64,000 nt of DNA from an uncultured Planctomycetota bacterium (GCA_963737655.1 CAVTTN010000002.1:768001-832000); one strand, 5' to 3'; counted from the first letter of the stretch, positions 30,901-37,497 are shown. Made by a program: numbers and translations. The notes: generated by a model from the letters alone, not told the origin.

Positions 30901-31973
30901 TCGTCCACCGCGATTCCTTCGCCGACATCGTCTCCCGTCCCGCCGAAATAGGTGCTATAGAGTACGTTCGCGCCGGCAGGGTCGAGCTTCGTGACGAAGG
31001 CATCGTAGGGTAGATCAGAGTTGGTAATCGTGCCGGACTGCGGTTGCGCGGAGCCGGCCGTCCCGGGGAAGTCGGTGGAGGTCGTGAGTCCCGTGACGAA
31101 GGCGTCGCCCGCGGAGTCCACGGCGATACCGTGGGCCTCGTCTATGCCGCTTCCGCCCAGGAACGTCGAATAGACGAGCACGGGGTCGATCACCAGGGGC
31201 TGGCTCGCGTCGTACGCGCCGACCTGGAACCCCACGCGATGGTCGCCCTGCAAGACGAAGGCCCCGGAGACGGCCCGACTGGCGCCGTCGATCTCCTGCG
31301 AGAGGACCGGGGCGTGCTCCACCACGTCGCCGACGGTCGTGCTCAAGATGAGGTCGCCGCCGGCGTCCAGGGCGATCGAATCCGCCCCGCTGATGTCCAG
31401 GGCGATCGCGCCGGGGTCCGCGCCGGGGGCGACCGTGAAGTCATATTCCAGTTGGCCCGCGTTGCCGTAATAGGCGAGATCAATGCCCGGGTAGACCTGC
31501 GGGTATTCGACCCGCGCATAGTTGGGGATGCTGGTGTGCCAATCGGCCGGGTCGCTGCCGATCAGGTAGTTGCTCTTGCCGGGCAGCTCGTCGACGCCCG
31601 CCGGCCGCGACGCGAGGCTGGCGCCGACGAGCTGCACCCCGAGGACGCCGGCCGCGGGGGCGGCGGAGGCCGGCTCGCCGTTCGCCGCGCCGGCCTGCAA
31701 TCGCAGGAGGGCCTCGCCCGGGGTCAGGAAGAGGGCGTAGCCGCCGCCCCGCGACAGGAACTGGACCTGCGCATCGGCCTGGCCCTGGTTCGGCTCGAAG
31801 CTCAGGGGGGTCTGCCCGTAAGACGCCAGGCCCTGGCTCGCCTCGGCGCCGGCCCCGCTGAGGAGACACCGGCTTTCCAGCCACTCGACCCGGGGTCGCA
31901 TCGAGCCGAGATGGACGGTGCGCCTGGCCAGGGCGGACCTTCGTCGTCGTTCGCGGGATCCATGGAGTGCCAT
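15993..31973 (-). CDS. Giant (~5326 aa) modular cell-surface protein: LEPR-XLL leader, two SBBP propeller blocks, two BNR/sialidase-like propellers, 11 WGD(G) Ig-like repeats, 21 FG-GAP repeats
   Basis: VEWLESRCLLS leader; YSTYLGG/GIAVD repeats; SxDGG Asp-boxes; ATIDWGDG repeats; GDFNGDGK repeats; start placed at MALHG. Confidence 0.9.
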   Translation of the reverse strand: MALHGSRERRRRSALARRTVHLGSMRPRVEWLESRCLLSGAGAEASQGLASYGQTPLSFEPNQGQADAQVQFLSRGGGYALFLTPGEALLRLQAGAANGEPASAAPAAGVLGVQLVGASLASRPAGVDELPGKSNYLIGSDPADWHTSIPNYARVEYPQVYPGIDLAYYGNAGQLEYDFTVAPGADPGAIALDISGADSIALDAGGDLILSTTVGDVVEHAPVLSQEIDGASRAVSGAFVLQGDHRVGFQVGAYDASQPLVIDPVLVYSTFLGGSGIDEAHGIAVDSAGDAFVTGLTTSTDFPGTAGSAQPQSGTITNSDLPYDAFVTKLDPAGANVLYSTYFGGTGDDVGEGIAVDDAGDAYITGYTVDGDFPTVSNSPDGKPLQAEQLNGPAAFVAKLNATGTAFIFASTLGGNGLNYGNAIALGSDDSVYLTGSTETTDFPTTPGAYQQGPGKTNFESPSTFVTKINSSGTALVYSTYLHGNTGGVGSIDGGYGIAVDGDGDAYVSGETSESDFPTKSSAGLGAPIQGYVGAFVAKFNPAGSDLIYSAVLKGTTPYNEPPYGDLDTLTSARAIAVDPHGFAYITGSTNAADLPLVGAPQPALGDTPAPLNGILESDAYVAKFSQDGQSLVYVSLLGGNGEDVGRGIAVDSQGHAFVTGSTSSTNFPTKNAIQATFGGPAAALGNQYLGDAFAAEFSLDGHSLVYSTYLGGSGENRGQGAGDDSGLGIALDAVGNAYISGFTLSATFPVTPATDPVQASLDGFEDAFVAKISGRTLTVIGVPLVLSKGVPVSGPVATFTTLDTKAQPGEFTAKINWGDGTISNALPIVQPGGPGTPFQVSGNHAYMKVGTFPVVVTVHDTLTGRDADNATDVTRLLRNQSETTIAIDPSNPSRVFSASNSQALPAPVGGFRGGLFAAYSTDGGVTWTPTDAEDHLIGDNDGQIVDAFSDPQATFDNFGNLFLTYVSAAGATVEIIMSVDGGKTFTPLASFPAIGAMGVDQPSIATGPGPGSTASVPVGSVWISYSDQTSGMIEAIGSRVTGLGKVDPFDAVPAEVPGSVGGNFGSITLGPKGQVLVNWQTGAASDDDPAPELGPANILVSLDPDGLGKLGFGPATVAATTNVGARKPVAPQQTRTVDAEANLVYDRSGGVHDGRVYLVYTECLTPQNIDTFLVIRFSDDDGRTWSSPKRVDNSDGDSTLFLPSVAVDQSDGDIAVAWYDTRSDPNDTKTQFLVAISNDGGLTFSADVPVSVGMSDASLTPANSPGFALNGAGQGNQYGDYSGLAFVNGIVNPAWADNSPALAGNRDLPQFDMAAARVATARVSLAPLVVRGEAVDASQGQAFANKEVTLFLDKDPTLNAVNFTATIDWGDGMPPTAGQIAQTSAGLYQVTGSHTYLGTGGFPIVVTINDPADDLSATNANDASVHPGDENSETTAADPTTPSHRFLASNVDGSLGLLVATSTDGGAIWKSRVIADGTDSLPEALGSPRAVFDQFGNLFLAYVDEADDAIVVVYSDDGGLTFEALAAAHSSGASGVGPPMIATGPGPVAATASVWVSAKDLDLDQFRPFAFTTTGLHLANVQAAGVEVVPDTGDRNFGAIAVGPNGQVLALVQKPGAMAGIDSISTSLDPDGPGPAAFGPTRPAADTRVTSFTTIPAQSQRGITAGAALAYDLSNGPRRGRVYLVYTDAPSVGSTATSIDVRSSDDSGLHWSAPVRVNDVAVTTASRFLPSLAVDPTNGEVAVGWYDTRDDLLGLKAKYYVAISGDGGLTFSPNQAVSTGLSNAADPLLDASGMSAQYGTNTGLTFLAGVLTPAWADNSTELAGNPTPPQFEVASGSFGVARVADSPLTAKAVDVNPDEGEAFTEVVATFTDADPNGKAGDFSATIDWGDKTDPSPGTIAADDRGGFKVTATHAYPEEGKFTFKVTILDVGGATTSVTDEVDVDDNILKATGKALRPIEGQVFSGVVATFTDADPGGMVSDYADTIDWGDGSLPDRGIISASGSTGLTIGAESGTLFAVGNYDAVKFNPANIADDGIPYLYQATLDGKVKPLIKLGPGFDGGLAALPSSSGQDVYFYAISNDAAGVSTLDFIDLDPLDGRLLTPDFVLGLGFRGGLAYDQSDLKLYAIDTDSTGASTLDSIGVDHAVTPVLALGSARFTGLTWDAADGSFYAVSNDSGGVSTLVRLDPVGGKVTPEFLLGDGFTGGLAYDLHDPVANRFYAIAGGGAATLYEVPFGPGTPDLSSSPLFELAPSFNDGFLVSGTHTYAEEGDFPVTVAIRDLGGSPQILGASTAVVIDSPPVALPALPTVEVFQGIDPGSLELARFTIPGGIEVGKSEYVATIDWGDGSPPGSGVLAFSGDTITVSGDHPFAKSGTLHATVTLTDDTGGTASAPITILSTPEISPQVRVIDVAGPVNGPNGIIRFDTLTITNASAVDIPLPIDLDFRGLPAGVTPVGATVLPSGDVFLRVAPSIALALQRGQTTPGFLVPFTFPAGLGNFTYTVLAFDSPPDDPAAPPRGFEANQGQAPVGVLYLSRTADSSLSLTATEAILSLPTPPSGVVGSPSPAPTLLDLRLVDANASPQVVGLDQLSGAVNYMNGSSNPWQVGVPRFGRVEYEEVYPGIALDYLDRDGGLEYNFTLAPAADPGAIRLGFSGAYGMDLDSEGDLVLHTAAGDVTEQAPVIYQEVNGVRQAVTGGYVLEGSGQVGFHVGVYDRTRPLVIDPVLIYSTYLGGSGVDSGNAIAVDAAGNTYVTGTTASHDFPTFLPFQPADTGTGFSSNDVFVSKFDPSGHLVYSTFLGGSGGDAGLGIAVDAAGDAYVTGYTSSADFPTTGGVFEPVAPGGFVAFVAKLDPSGSKLLYSTYLGGSGQGDEGLGIAIDGSGDAYVTGTTRSANFPLKNAYQTTPGNVFVTELNPTGSALVYSTYFGGYEVGGIAVDPAGHAYITGTTDTAIPTLNAFQATFPGVDDGGHAVAFVTEFQVGGAGLVYSTYLGGTTGVFPADGAHDSGRAIAVDSSGNAYITGSTTSIDFPTFHALQSHPGDLLPAVNPNRIGDAFVTEIQAGGAALVYSTYLGGQDADEGNGIAVDAAGEAFVTGQTASLDFPIAHALQSATQGGTDVNGTSGKTDAFVAGIQAGGSGLLYSTYLGGNGDDSGDGIAADSAGDVFVTGQTASTDLRTLDAAQPAYTGLFGNPGDDAFVERINAQGAGVLQVFDLPVQATEGEAFTGAVARFTETDASTAGQYSATILWGDGTTSAGSILATGDGAFTVDGTHTYAEEGQDQIRVSVRAPDGTIHSAASSSAAIDAVGHVTYHVVVDTTAIAGSTGFLDFQFNAAAVPGSSSADVLLSNLSSVGGGTLPATLDLHNNSPFGETKQGFTFGTSLSFDVTVSGDALSKPDHGSFGSTFALQLRAADGLTAELTTDPGGSVVRIAIGPDGDTFATTYPLGVDQVAQAATAVVSTSAVVLDAPLAAIALPINPVENTPFTAVVATFTDANPGSSVGDFSATIDWGDGSPTSAGVVAARPGGGFQVTGSHTYGGPATFTVQVTIRDAGGSTTVATPAKLGMFQAPTANLSGGPSGAFTIADLNGDGKADFVALGGLPDAYGTATIGVEVMLSNGDGTFAPEVSYPVGSDSVNVVVGDFNGDGKLDIATNNSILLGNGDGTFGPAITFGDSTLLGYVAVGDFNGDGKLDLAIAHAAGIVDYSGGFSILLGKGDGTFGAPSRRYLNLGYESAIHVGDFNGDGKPDLLITHGGTLTSLLLGLGDGTFGAALAVAPGMDVTPGDFNGDGKLDIATSQGVFLGAGDGTFAAPLAYPASNGFVPAAAGDFNGDGKLDLVGADGMAVANFGFEPLALIAGAGDGTFGPIRDFPSVQASYAAISPADFNGDGRPDIALLGGRSVEVLFGTGAGFVTASTFAAGSGIASNGTQYGAIAAGDFNGDGKPDLTAIDPADDAVSVLKGAGDGTYLAAQPTLTAAPIAVNNNASVRIASGDFNGDGKLDVVLLGAGVAVLLGRGDDTFSPGVNYPVPGLYPPTAVVVGDFNGDGKPDLAVATPQGVSILLGLGDGTFGAAASFDADANFSHLAAGDLNGDGKLDLVATGPLVGAIVFLGLGDGTFQAPAIVAGAATAGPIALADLNGDGKLDLVAGLGGLNDGSQTYSVGSGLAILLGNGDGTFQAPSLSLPDMMPLSIAAADLNGDGKLDLAVEELGNLASPYTRYDSTTVVLLGLGDGTFGAPATYPPGPPTSTSSPIPYVLMAGDFRHDGKADLVEVVGDQLRILANRGDGTFLAPIGEYIGSAPFGLSIGDFNGDGKLDLASTFLDVASSGDYGSTGVDVLQGVGDGTFEAASAFLVGPSPAYASPHSPQGVAVGDFNGDGKADIVTTNAAQAGTNVALLAGKGDGTFQPPIQFPDLGGRSNLVVGDFNGDGKPDLAALDGYSSISQLQNSVYVAVGKGDGTFQEPIFSATDPALGNNFPGVSGTIAAGDFNGDGKLDLVTARGETVPTALLTAQLAFVGVLIGHGDGSFATEAEIPLPMRGVQDAAPLVAVGDFNGDGKPDIVVVFPAASYGATIAPQVMYLLLGHGDGTFQAPLATVLAGSGAVALVVGDFNGDGKLGVAIADQANLSGAGFGGVSVLLGNGDGTFGPEIIYALNGIPSSLAVTDLNGDGAPDLVVGTGNDVTVLLNSPATVPDLVRVADAPLSAIGTTIAAAPNVGFTGVVATFTDADPLARVGDYSATIDWGDGVTSPGQVAANARGGFDVTGTHTYAEAGAYAVVVAIADAGGSMASARTTGIVSAVVVPPLSALGTTILATERTEFTGVVATFTDAGPSGSIGDFTADVAWGDGTDSPGTIQAVPGGGFAAIGDHTYAVAGAYALIVTIVDQAGSTASAMTGATVTDLPITAQGIAVHASRGVPFSGVIASFTDADPSARVGDYSATIDWGDGTHSAGTIAADPAAQGFDVVGTRTYAVAGSFAVLVTIADLGGASATARSTADVIVPAILARGVTIVGVEGIALVAVPVAVFTQDDGGAASGFAATIDWGDGTAASAGSVSAAAAGYLVTGDHLYAHAGTFATTVTIVQSGGSAATAASTANVAVTPVLGGTPGASGPGNDGPIAGPPTVPPVGQMPITGPPTVSPVGQAPIVGPPTVSPVGQDGPLLLEVDRFGIHGQRTRLTLTFNGPLDPGRASDPSNYGIIALKSDGTPLRREASPMAMASATYDAATTTVTLRTRHRLNVHRLYELLIRGTGKLGVAGSSGLLMDGAANGHPGSDGSTQVGPGNLVLRGHHLKNPSRLLTHSIKIATSHPRGPRPARRTLPPPGSFIEK
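16509..16635 (-). repeat. 42-bp coding tandem repeat (PIxGPPTVxPVGQ, three copies)
   Basis: Visible in both the DNA and the translation just before the C-terminal domain. Confidence 0.8.
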
Positions 31974-32244
31974 GATGTCTCGACCTTCGCTGGAGAGGCT
32001 TCGGGCCGGTCGGTCGCGGCGGCCCGCGACCGCCCCCATCTACCGATCTCGATCGGGGCGAGTTGTGGGACAGGGATTCGGCGGGAATTCCGGATTCGCC
32101 CCTGAACGTCTCCTCAACACTTACAAATTTTGTTAATATAAAGTCGAAGGCCGCGCCCGGCCGACGCGGCGAGTCCCGACCGGCTTGAGCGGAGCATGCG
32201 GATACCGCCCGCCGGGCGCCTCGGCACCGCCAGGGAGTTCCCGG

Positions 32245-32853
32245 ATGTCGTCGCACGACGCAGGTTCCATCACGCGCTGCATCGTCGAGATGAAGGCCGG
32301 GGACGACGCGGCCGTGCAGACGCTCTGGCATCGCTACTTCCGCGGGCTGGTCCGCCTGGCCCGCACCCGCCTGGGCAGGTCGCCCCGCGCCGCGGCCGAT
32401 GAGGAGGACGTGGCCCTGAGCGCCTTCCACAGCCTGTGCGTCGGGGCGGCGGGGAATCGCTTTCCCCGGCTCGACGACCGGGACGATTTGGGGCGGCTCC
32501 TGGCGACCATCACGGCGAGGAAGGCCCTGGACCAGATGGGCCGCCAGCGCCGCCTGAAGCGCGGCGGCGGGCGCGTCCTGGACGAGTCGGAGCTGGCCGG
32601 GCGTGGCGGGGGCGCGGGCCTGGACGGGATCGCGGGCCTGGGGCCGACCCCCGAGGTCGCGGCGGCCCTGGCCGAGGGGCACAGCCGGATGTTCGACGCC
32701 CTCCGCGATGAATCGCTCCGCCGCGTCGCCCGCATGCGGCTGGAGGGCTACAGCGTCGCCGAGGTCGCCCAGAGGCTGGGCTGCAACCGCCGGACGGTCA
32801 CGCGTAAGCTCGACCTGATCCGCCTGACCTGGCTGGAGTTCGACCTCCCATGA
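32245..32853 (+). CDS. ECF sigma factor, planctomycete kinase-associated type
   Basis: GSIT..., LWHRYFRGLVRLAR, DEEDVALSAF, RLEGYSVAEVAQRLGCNRRTVTRKL HTH; GGGAG RBS; stop overlaps the kinase start. Confidence 0.9.
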   Translation: MSSHDAGSITRCIVEMKAGDDAAVQTLWHRYFRGLVRLARTRLGRSPRAAADEEDVALSAFHSLCVGAAGNRFPRLDDRDDLGRLLATITARKALDQMGRQRRLKRGGGRVLDESELAGRGGGAGLDGIAGLGPTPEVAAALAEGHSRMFDALRDESLRRVARMRLEGYSVAEVAQRLGCNRRTVTRKLDLIRLTWLEFDLP

Positions 32854-35800
32854 GCGCCGACCGGCACCCGGAGGCGGGGCCGCCTCCGAGGTGGCATGCC
32901 GAGCGAGTGGACGAGATCTGCGACCGGTTCGAGGCGGACTGGAGGGCCGGTCGGCGGCCGAGGATCGAGGACCATCTGGACGCCGCCCCGGACTCGGGGC
33001 GCCCGGATCTCTTCAGGGAACTCCTCGCCACGGAATTGGAGCTGCGACGGGCCGATGGCGGCCGTCCCAGCCCTCGCGATTACCTGACCCGGTTCCCCGG
33101 CCACCCCACCTTGATCGGCGAGGCCTTCCACGAATCGCAGACTCCCGGATCGGCTCTCCTGGGAGGGCCGGCCGAGACTTTGCCGCCCTCCTCGGCGGGG
33201 ACGACCGGCGAGCCGACCCTGTACGAAGGAGACCGGCCGGCCGGGGCACGACGCATCCCCGAGGTGCCCGGCTACGAGGTCCTGAGCGAGCTCGGCCGAG
33301 GCGGGATGGGCGTGGTCTACCTGGCCCGGCAGGTCCGGCTCAATCGCCTGTGCGCCCTGAAGATGATCCTGGCCGGGACGCACGCGGGCCCCGGCTCCCT
33401 CCTGCGGTTCCTGGCCGAGGCGGAGACGGTCGCCCGGCTCGAGCATCCCAACGTGGTGCGGGTCCATCACGTCGGCGAGGCCGGCGGCCTCCCCTTCCTC
33501 GAGCTGGAATATCTCCCCGGGGGCAGCCTCGACCGGAAGCTCGACGGCACGCCCTGGCCGCCGAGCCGGGCGGCCCCCCTGGTCGAGGCGCTGGCCCGGG
33601 GCATCGCCGATGCGCACCGCCTGGGCATCGTCCATCGCGACCTGAAGCCATCCAACGTCTTGCTGGCGGCCGACGGCCAACCCAGGATCACCGACTTCGG
33701 CCTGGCCAAGGCCCTGGGCATCGACAACGGACTCACGCAGACCGACTCGATCCTCGGATCTCCCTGCTACATGGCCCCCGAGCAGGCCCAGGGCAAGGCG
33801 CGCGATGTCGGGGCGGCGGCCGACCTGTACGCGCTCGGGGCGATCCTCTATGAGCTGACCACCGGCCGGCCGCCGTTCAAGGCGGCGACGGTCATGGAGA
33901 CCCTGGAGCAGGTCCGCACCGCCTCGCCCGTGCCGCCCAGTCGCCTGCTCCCCAGCCTGCCGCGCGACCTGGAGACGATCTGCCTGAAGTGCCTGGAGAA
34001 GGAGCCTTCCCGGCGGTACGCGACGGCCGGGGATCTGGCCGAGGAACTCGGCCGGTTCCGTCGCGGAGAGCCGATCCGCGCCCGCCCCCTCGGCCGGGCC
34101 GGACGCCTGGCGCGCTGGGGGCGTCTCAACCCCAGCCTCATGGCCACGGGCTCGCTGGCCGCTCTGGCCCTGCTGACGGCGGCGGCCCTCTCCATCGGGT
34201 TCGGCATCCACCAGGCCCGCGCCGCCCGGGACCTCCGCGCCGCCCTGGTCGAGGCGCGACGACTCTCGGTCAGCTCGACCCTGGAGCGAGGCCAGTCGCT
34301 CTGCGAGCAGGGGGACATCGATCGCGGCCTTTTGTGGATGGCCCGCGGCCTCGAGATCAGCCAACAGGCCGAGGCCGACCCGCTCCATCGAGTGATCCTC
34401 GCCAACCTGACCGGGTGGGCGAGACGGCTCCATCCCCTCCGGCAATGCCTCGAGCATCGAGGCGCGATCCGCTGCATCGCCTTCAGTCCCGACGGCCGGA
34501 CGATCGCCACGGGAGGCGACGACCGATCCGTTCGGCTCTGGGACTCTTCCAACGGCCTCCCTCTGGGGCCGCCTCTGCCTCATCCCGGGCCGGTGGCGAG
34601 CGTGAAGTTCAGCCCCGACGGTCGCGCCTTGCTCAGCTTCGCAACGACCGGCCCGGCCTTCCTCTGGCGCCCGATCGGGGGCCGGCAGGTCGCACTCCCT
34701 CTGGGGCATCCCGGTCCCGTCCGCGTGGCCGCCTTCCGGCCCGACGGGCTCCGCGTCCTGACCGGCGGTGCCGACGGCTCGATCCGGTCCTGGGACGCCC
34801 GCTCCGGCGACCCGATCGGCCCGGTCCTGCGCCATCGCGGGCCCGTGACCGTCGCCGTGTTCGCCCCCGCGGGCGGGTCGATCTTCTCCGCGAGCGAGGA
34901 CGGGACCGCCGCCCTGTGGGACTCCGACACGGGCGAACTCCTCCACGCGCTCGGCCACGGAGGCCGGGTCGACGTGGCGGCCTTTCGGCCCGACGGGGCG
35001 ATGGTCGTCACGGGCGACGGCGAAGGGATCGCCCGGCTCTGGGATTCGGCCACGGGGAGGCCCGTGGGCGAGGCCCTGCGCCACAGCGCCGGCGTGGAGG
35101 CGGTCGCGTTCAGCCCCGACGGCCGGCTCGTGGTGTCGGCCAGCCGCGACTGGAGGGCCCGGCTCTGGGATTCGGCCACCGGTAGGCTCATCGGCCTGCC
35201 CCTTCGCCATCATGGCCCGGTCATGGCCGCGGCCTTCAGCCCCGACGGCCGGCTCATCCTGACCGGAAGCCTGGACGGCAACGCCCGCCTCTGGGAGACC
35301 ACCACCGGGCAGCCCGTCGGCTCGCCGCTGATGCATCGCGGGGAAGTCACCTCGGTCTCGTTCGGACCCGACGGCCGATCCGCCCTCACGGCCGGCTCGC
35401 TGAGCGTCGCCCAGCTCTGGGAGATCCCCGCGGACGATCCCTCGCCCGCGCACTTCCCCTTCGAAGGCGACCTGAACGCCATGGCGATCAGCCCCGACGG
35501 GACGATGCTCGCGCTCGGGTCCACGGATTCCTCGGCGAGGGTCTTCGAGGTCGCCACCGGTCGGAGTCTGGGCGGCCCGCTCCATCACGACGACGAGGTC
35601 CGTGCCCTGGGATTCAGTCGCGACGGCAAGGTCGTCGCCACGGGCAGCGAGGACCGGACCGTCCGCCTCTGGGAGCCGAAGACCGGCCTCCCGATCGGCC
35701 CGCCGCTCCGGCACGTCGACAAGGTCCATTGCCTGGCCCTGAGCCCCGACGGCCGTCGGATCGTCACGGGCACACGGTCCGGCCTCGTCTGCCTCTGGGA

Positions 35801-36470
35801 CGTCGGGACCGGACGGAAGTTGGGCGAAAGGCGACGGCATGGCTCGCCCGTCCTGGCCGCGGCCTTCAGCCCCGACGGCTCGACGTTCCTGACCGGTGGG
35901 GCCGACCAGACCGCAAGGCTCTGGAAGACGGACACGCTCGATCCCGTGGGCGGACCCCTGGACCATCCCGGTCAGGTGTTGGCGGTCGCCTTCAGCCCCG
36001 ACGGCCGGCTCGCCGCGACCGGCGGTTCCGACAAGGCCCTCCGGCTCTGGGACGCGTCCTCGGGCGCGTCGCTCGGGACTCCCCTGGTGGACCGAAGCCC
36101 GATCCGGACCATCGCCTTCGGTTCCGGCGGCCGCTCGGTTTTCCTGGGCGGCTGGGTCGGCCCGTCGCGACTCTGGGACCTGGCCACTCGCGAGCCGATC
36201 GGGCCACCCGTGCAACACGAAGGAGGGTGCATGGCGACGACCTTCGATCGGGACGGGACCCGGATCCTGATCGCCCTCTCCGACGGCTCGGCCCAGCTCG
36301 TCGCCGTCCCCTCACCCATGCGAGGCGAGGTCGGCCGGATCGTCACCTCGATCCAGGTCATGGCCAATATGGAGATCGATTCCCTGGGCGGCATCCAGTT
36401 GCTCGACCACCGCGATTGGCTCCAACGCAAACGTCGCCTGGGAGAGGAGTACGGCCCGCAAGCCCCTTGA
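32850..36470 (+). CDS. Ser/Thr protein kinase with TM and about 14 WD40 repeats
   Basis: VDEICDRFEADW N-terminus; LGRGGMGVVY, HRDLKPSN, DFG, YMAPEQA; many FSPDG...RLWD repeats. Confidence 0.93.
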   Translation: MSADRHPEAGPPPRWHAERVDEICDRFEADWRAGRRPRIEDHLDAAPDSGRPDLFRELLATELELRRADGGRPSPRDYLTRFPGHPTLIGEAFHESQTPGSALLGGPAETLPPSSAGTTGEPTLYEGDRPAGARRIPEVPGYEVLSELGRGGMGVVYLARQVRLNRLCALKMILAGTHAGPGSLLRFLAEAETVARLEHPNVVRVHHVGEAGGLPFLELEYLPGGSLDRKLDGTPWPPSRAAPLVEALARGIADAHRLGIVHRDLKPSNVLLAADGQPRITDFGLAKALGIDNGLTQTDSILGSPCYMAPEQAQGKARDVGAAADLYALGAILYELTTGRPPFKAATVMETLEQVRTASPVPPSRLLPSLPRDLETICLKCLEKEPSRRYATAGDLAEELGRFRRGEPIRARPLGRAGRLARWGRLNPSLMATGSLAALALLTAAALSIGFGIHQARAARDLRAALVEARRLSVSSTLERGQSLCEQGDIDRGLLWMARGLEISQQAEADPLHRVILANLTGWARRLHPLRQCLEHRGAIRCIAFSPDGRTIATGGDDRSVRLWDSSNGLPLGPPLPHPGPVASVKFSPDGRALLSFATTGPAFLWRPIGGRQVALPLGHPGPVRVAAFRPDGLRVLTGGADGSIRSWDARSGDPIGPVLRHRGPVTVAVFAPAGGSIFSASEDGTAALWDSDTGELLHALGHGGRVDVAAFRPDGAMVVTGDGEGIARLWDSATGRPVGEALRHSAGVEAVAFSPDGRLVVSASRDWRARLWDSATGRLIGLPLRHHGPVMAAAFSPDGRLILTGSLDGNARLWETTTGQPVGSPLMHRGEVTSVSFGPDGRSALTAGSLSVAQLWEIPADDPSPAHFPFEGDLNAMAISPDGTMLALGSTDSSARVFEVATGRSLGGPLHHDDEVRALGFSRDGKVVATGSEDRTVRLWEPKTGLPIGPPLRHVDKVHCLALSPDGRRIVTGTRSGLVCLWDVGTGRKLGERRRHGSPVLAAAFSPDGSTFLTGGADQTARLWKTDTLDPVGGPLDHPGQVLAVAFSPDGRLAATGGSDKALRLWDASSGASLGTPLVDRSPIRTIAFGSGGRSVFLGGWVGPSRLWDLATREPIGPPVQHEGGCMATTFDRDGTRILIALSDGSAQLVAVPSPMRGEVGRIVTSIQVMANMEIDSLGGIQLLDHRDWLQRKRRLGEEYGPQAP

Positions 36471-36620
36471 GAAACTCCATCGCTTCAGGTCACCGTCCCC
36501 GGGCGAATGTCGCTTTTCGCACCCGGCCTGGACGAAACCGAGCGGACCTTTCGAGGCGCCGATAAACACAAGTGCTTATCTCTCGGCTGATTGCCGCTAA
36601 GAGGGAAGAGGGGACATTCT

Positions 36621-36759
36621 TGCTCTATAGAAAACCCATTGAGAATGAGGAAACGAGTAGGTCCGACTTCAGTCGGGCCTGCGAAACAAGGAAGTCTTGT
36701 AGGCCCGACTGAAGTCGGACCTACTCGTATCGATACTTCAAAGGATTTTGTACAGAGCA
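36621..36759. mobile_element. 139-bp MITE (family A, copy 1) carrying a GTAG REP doublet, with 9-bp target duplication
   Basis: Imperfect TIRs TGCTCTATAGAAAACCC / GGATTTTGTACAGAGCA; GGACATTCT at 36612-36620 and 36760-36768; internal 28-bp perfect inverted arms 36653-36680 / 36701-36728. Confidence 0.85.
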
Positions 36760-36795
36760 GGACATTCTACTTTTCCGCTTCCCTGATTTCCCAAG

Positions 36796-37491
36796 TCAAG
36801 CAGACCCCGACCGCGACTCCCCCGTACCCGACGTCTTCCTGGGCCGTCCCCGAGGCCGCATGGCGGACTCCAGGCCGAGTTCGGCGGCGGTTCGTCGGGC
36901 CCATTCGTCCGACCCGAACGGGGAGCCCCGCGCGACGCAGCGCCGCATCGCCGCCAGTTCCGACTCCCCCAGCGGCCGGTTGACCCGCTTGACCCATGAG
37001 GCCACCTTGCCGATCTCCGGCAGCGGCTCCAGGGGGACCGGGCCGGGCGGCCTCTTGCGGGCGTGCAGCGAGCCATGGGGCCAGAGTTCGGCCCGCTCGA
37101 CCAGCCCGGCGCGCAGGGCGTTGCCCTCGACATACCGCAGGACCGTCACGAGGTGGCCGTCCTCCTGGCAGGGGAACGCCTTGAACCGGCCCTGCCAGAC
37201 GTGCCCGCTGGAGCCGTAGTGGCGACGATAGCGCCCGACGTGGCTCGTCATCAGCCACTGCATCCAGCGCGACAGGTCGCCGTCGCCCAGCGGCCTGAGG
37301 ACCAGGTGGAAGTGGTTGGGCATCAGGCAGTAGCCCAGCACGCGCATCGGCCGCCGGGCCCCGGCCGCGGCGATCAGCTCGGCGAAGGCCTCACAGTCGG
37401 CCGGCGTGTGGAAGACCTCGGCGCCGCCATTGCCGCGGTTCAAAACGTGATAGCAGTAGTCGGCGGCCGAGGCCCGTGCGGTGCGTGGCAT
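36796..37491 (-). CDS. rayT: REP-associated tyrosine transposase (Y1/HUH, IS200-like fold)
   Basis: YHVLNRGN, YCLMPNHFHL (HUH), GHVWQGRFK, LRYVEGN and C-terminal RPRGRPRK. Confidence 0.9.
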   Translation of the reverse strand: MPRTARASAADYCYHVLNRGNGGAEVFHTPADCEAFAELIAAAGARRPMRVLGYCLMPNHFHLVLRPLGDGDLSRWMQWLMTSHVGRYRRHYGSSGHVWQGRFKAFPCQEDGHLVTVLRYVEGNALRAGLVERAELWPHGSLHARKRPPGPVPLEPLPEIGKVASWVKRVNRPLGESELAAMRRCVARGSPFGSDEWARRTAAELGLESAMRPRGRPRKTSGTGESRSGSA

Positions 37492-37497
37492 GGCCTC

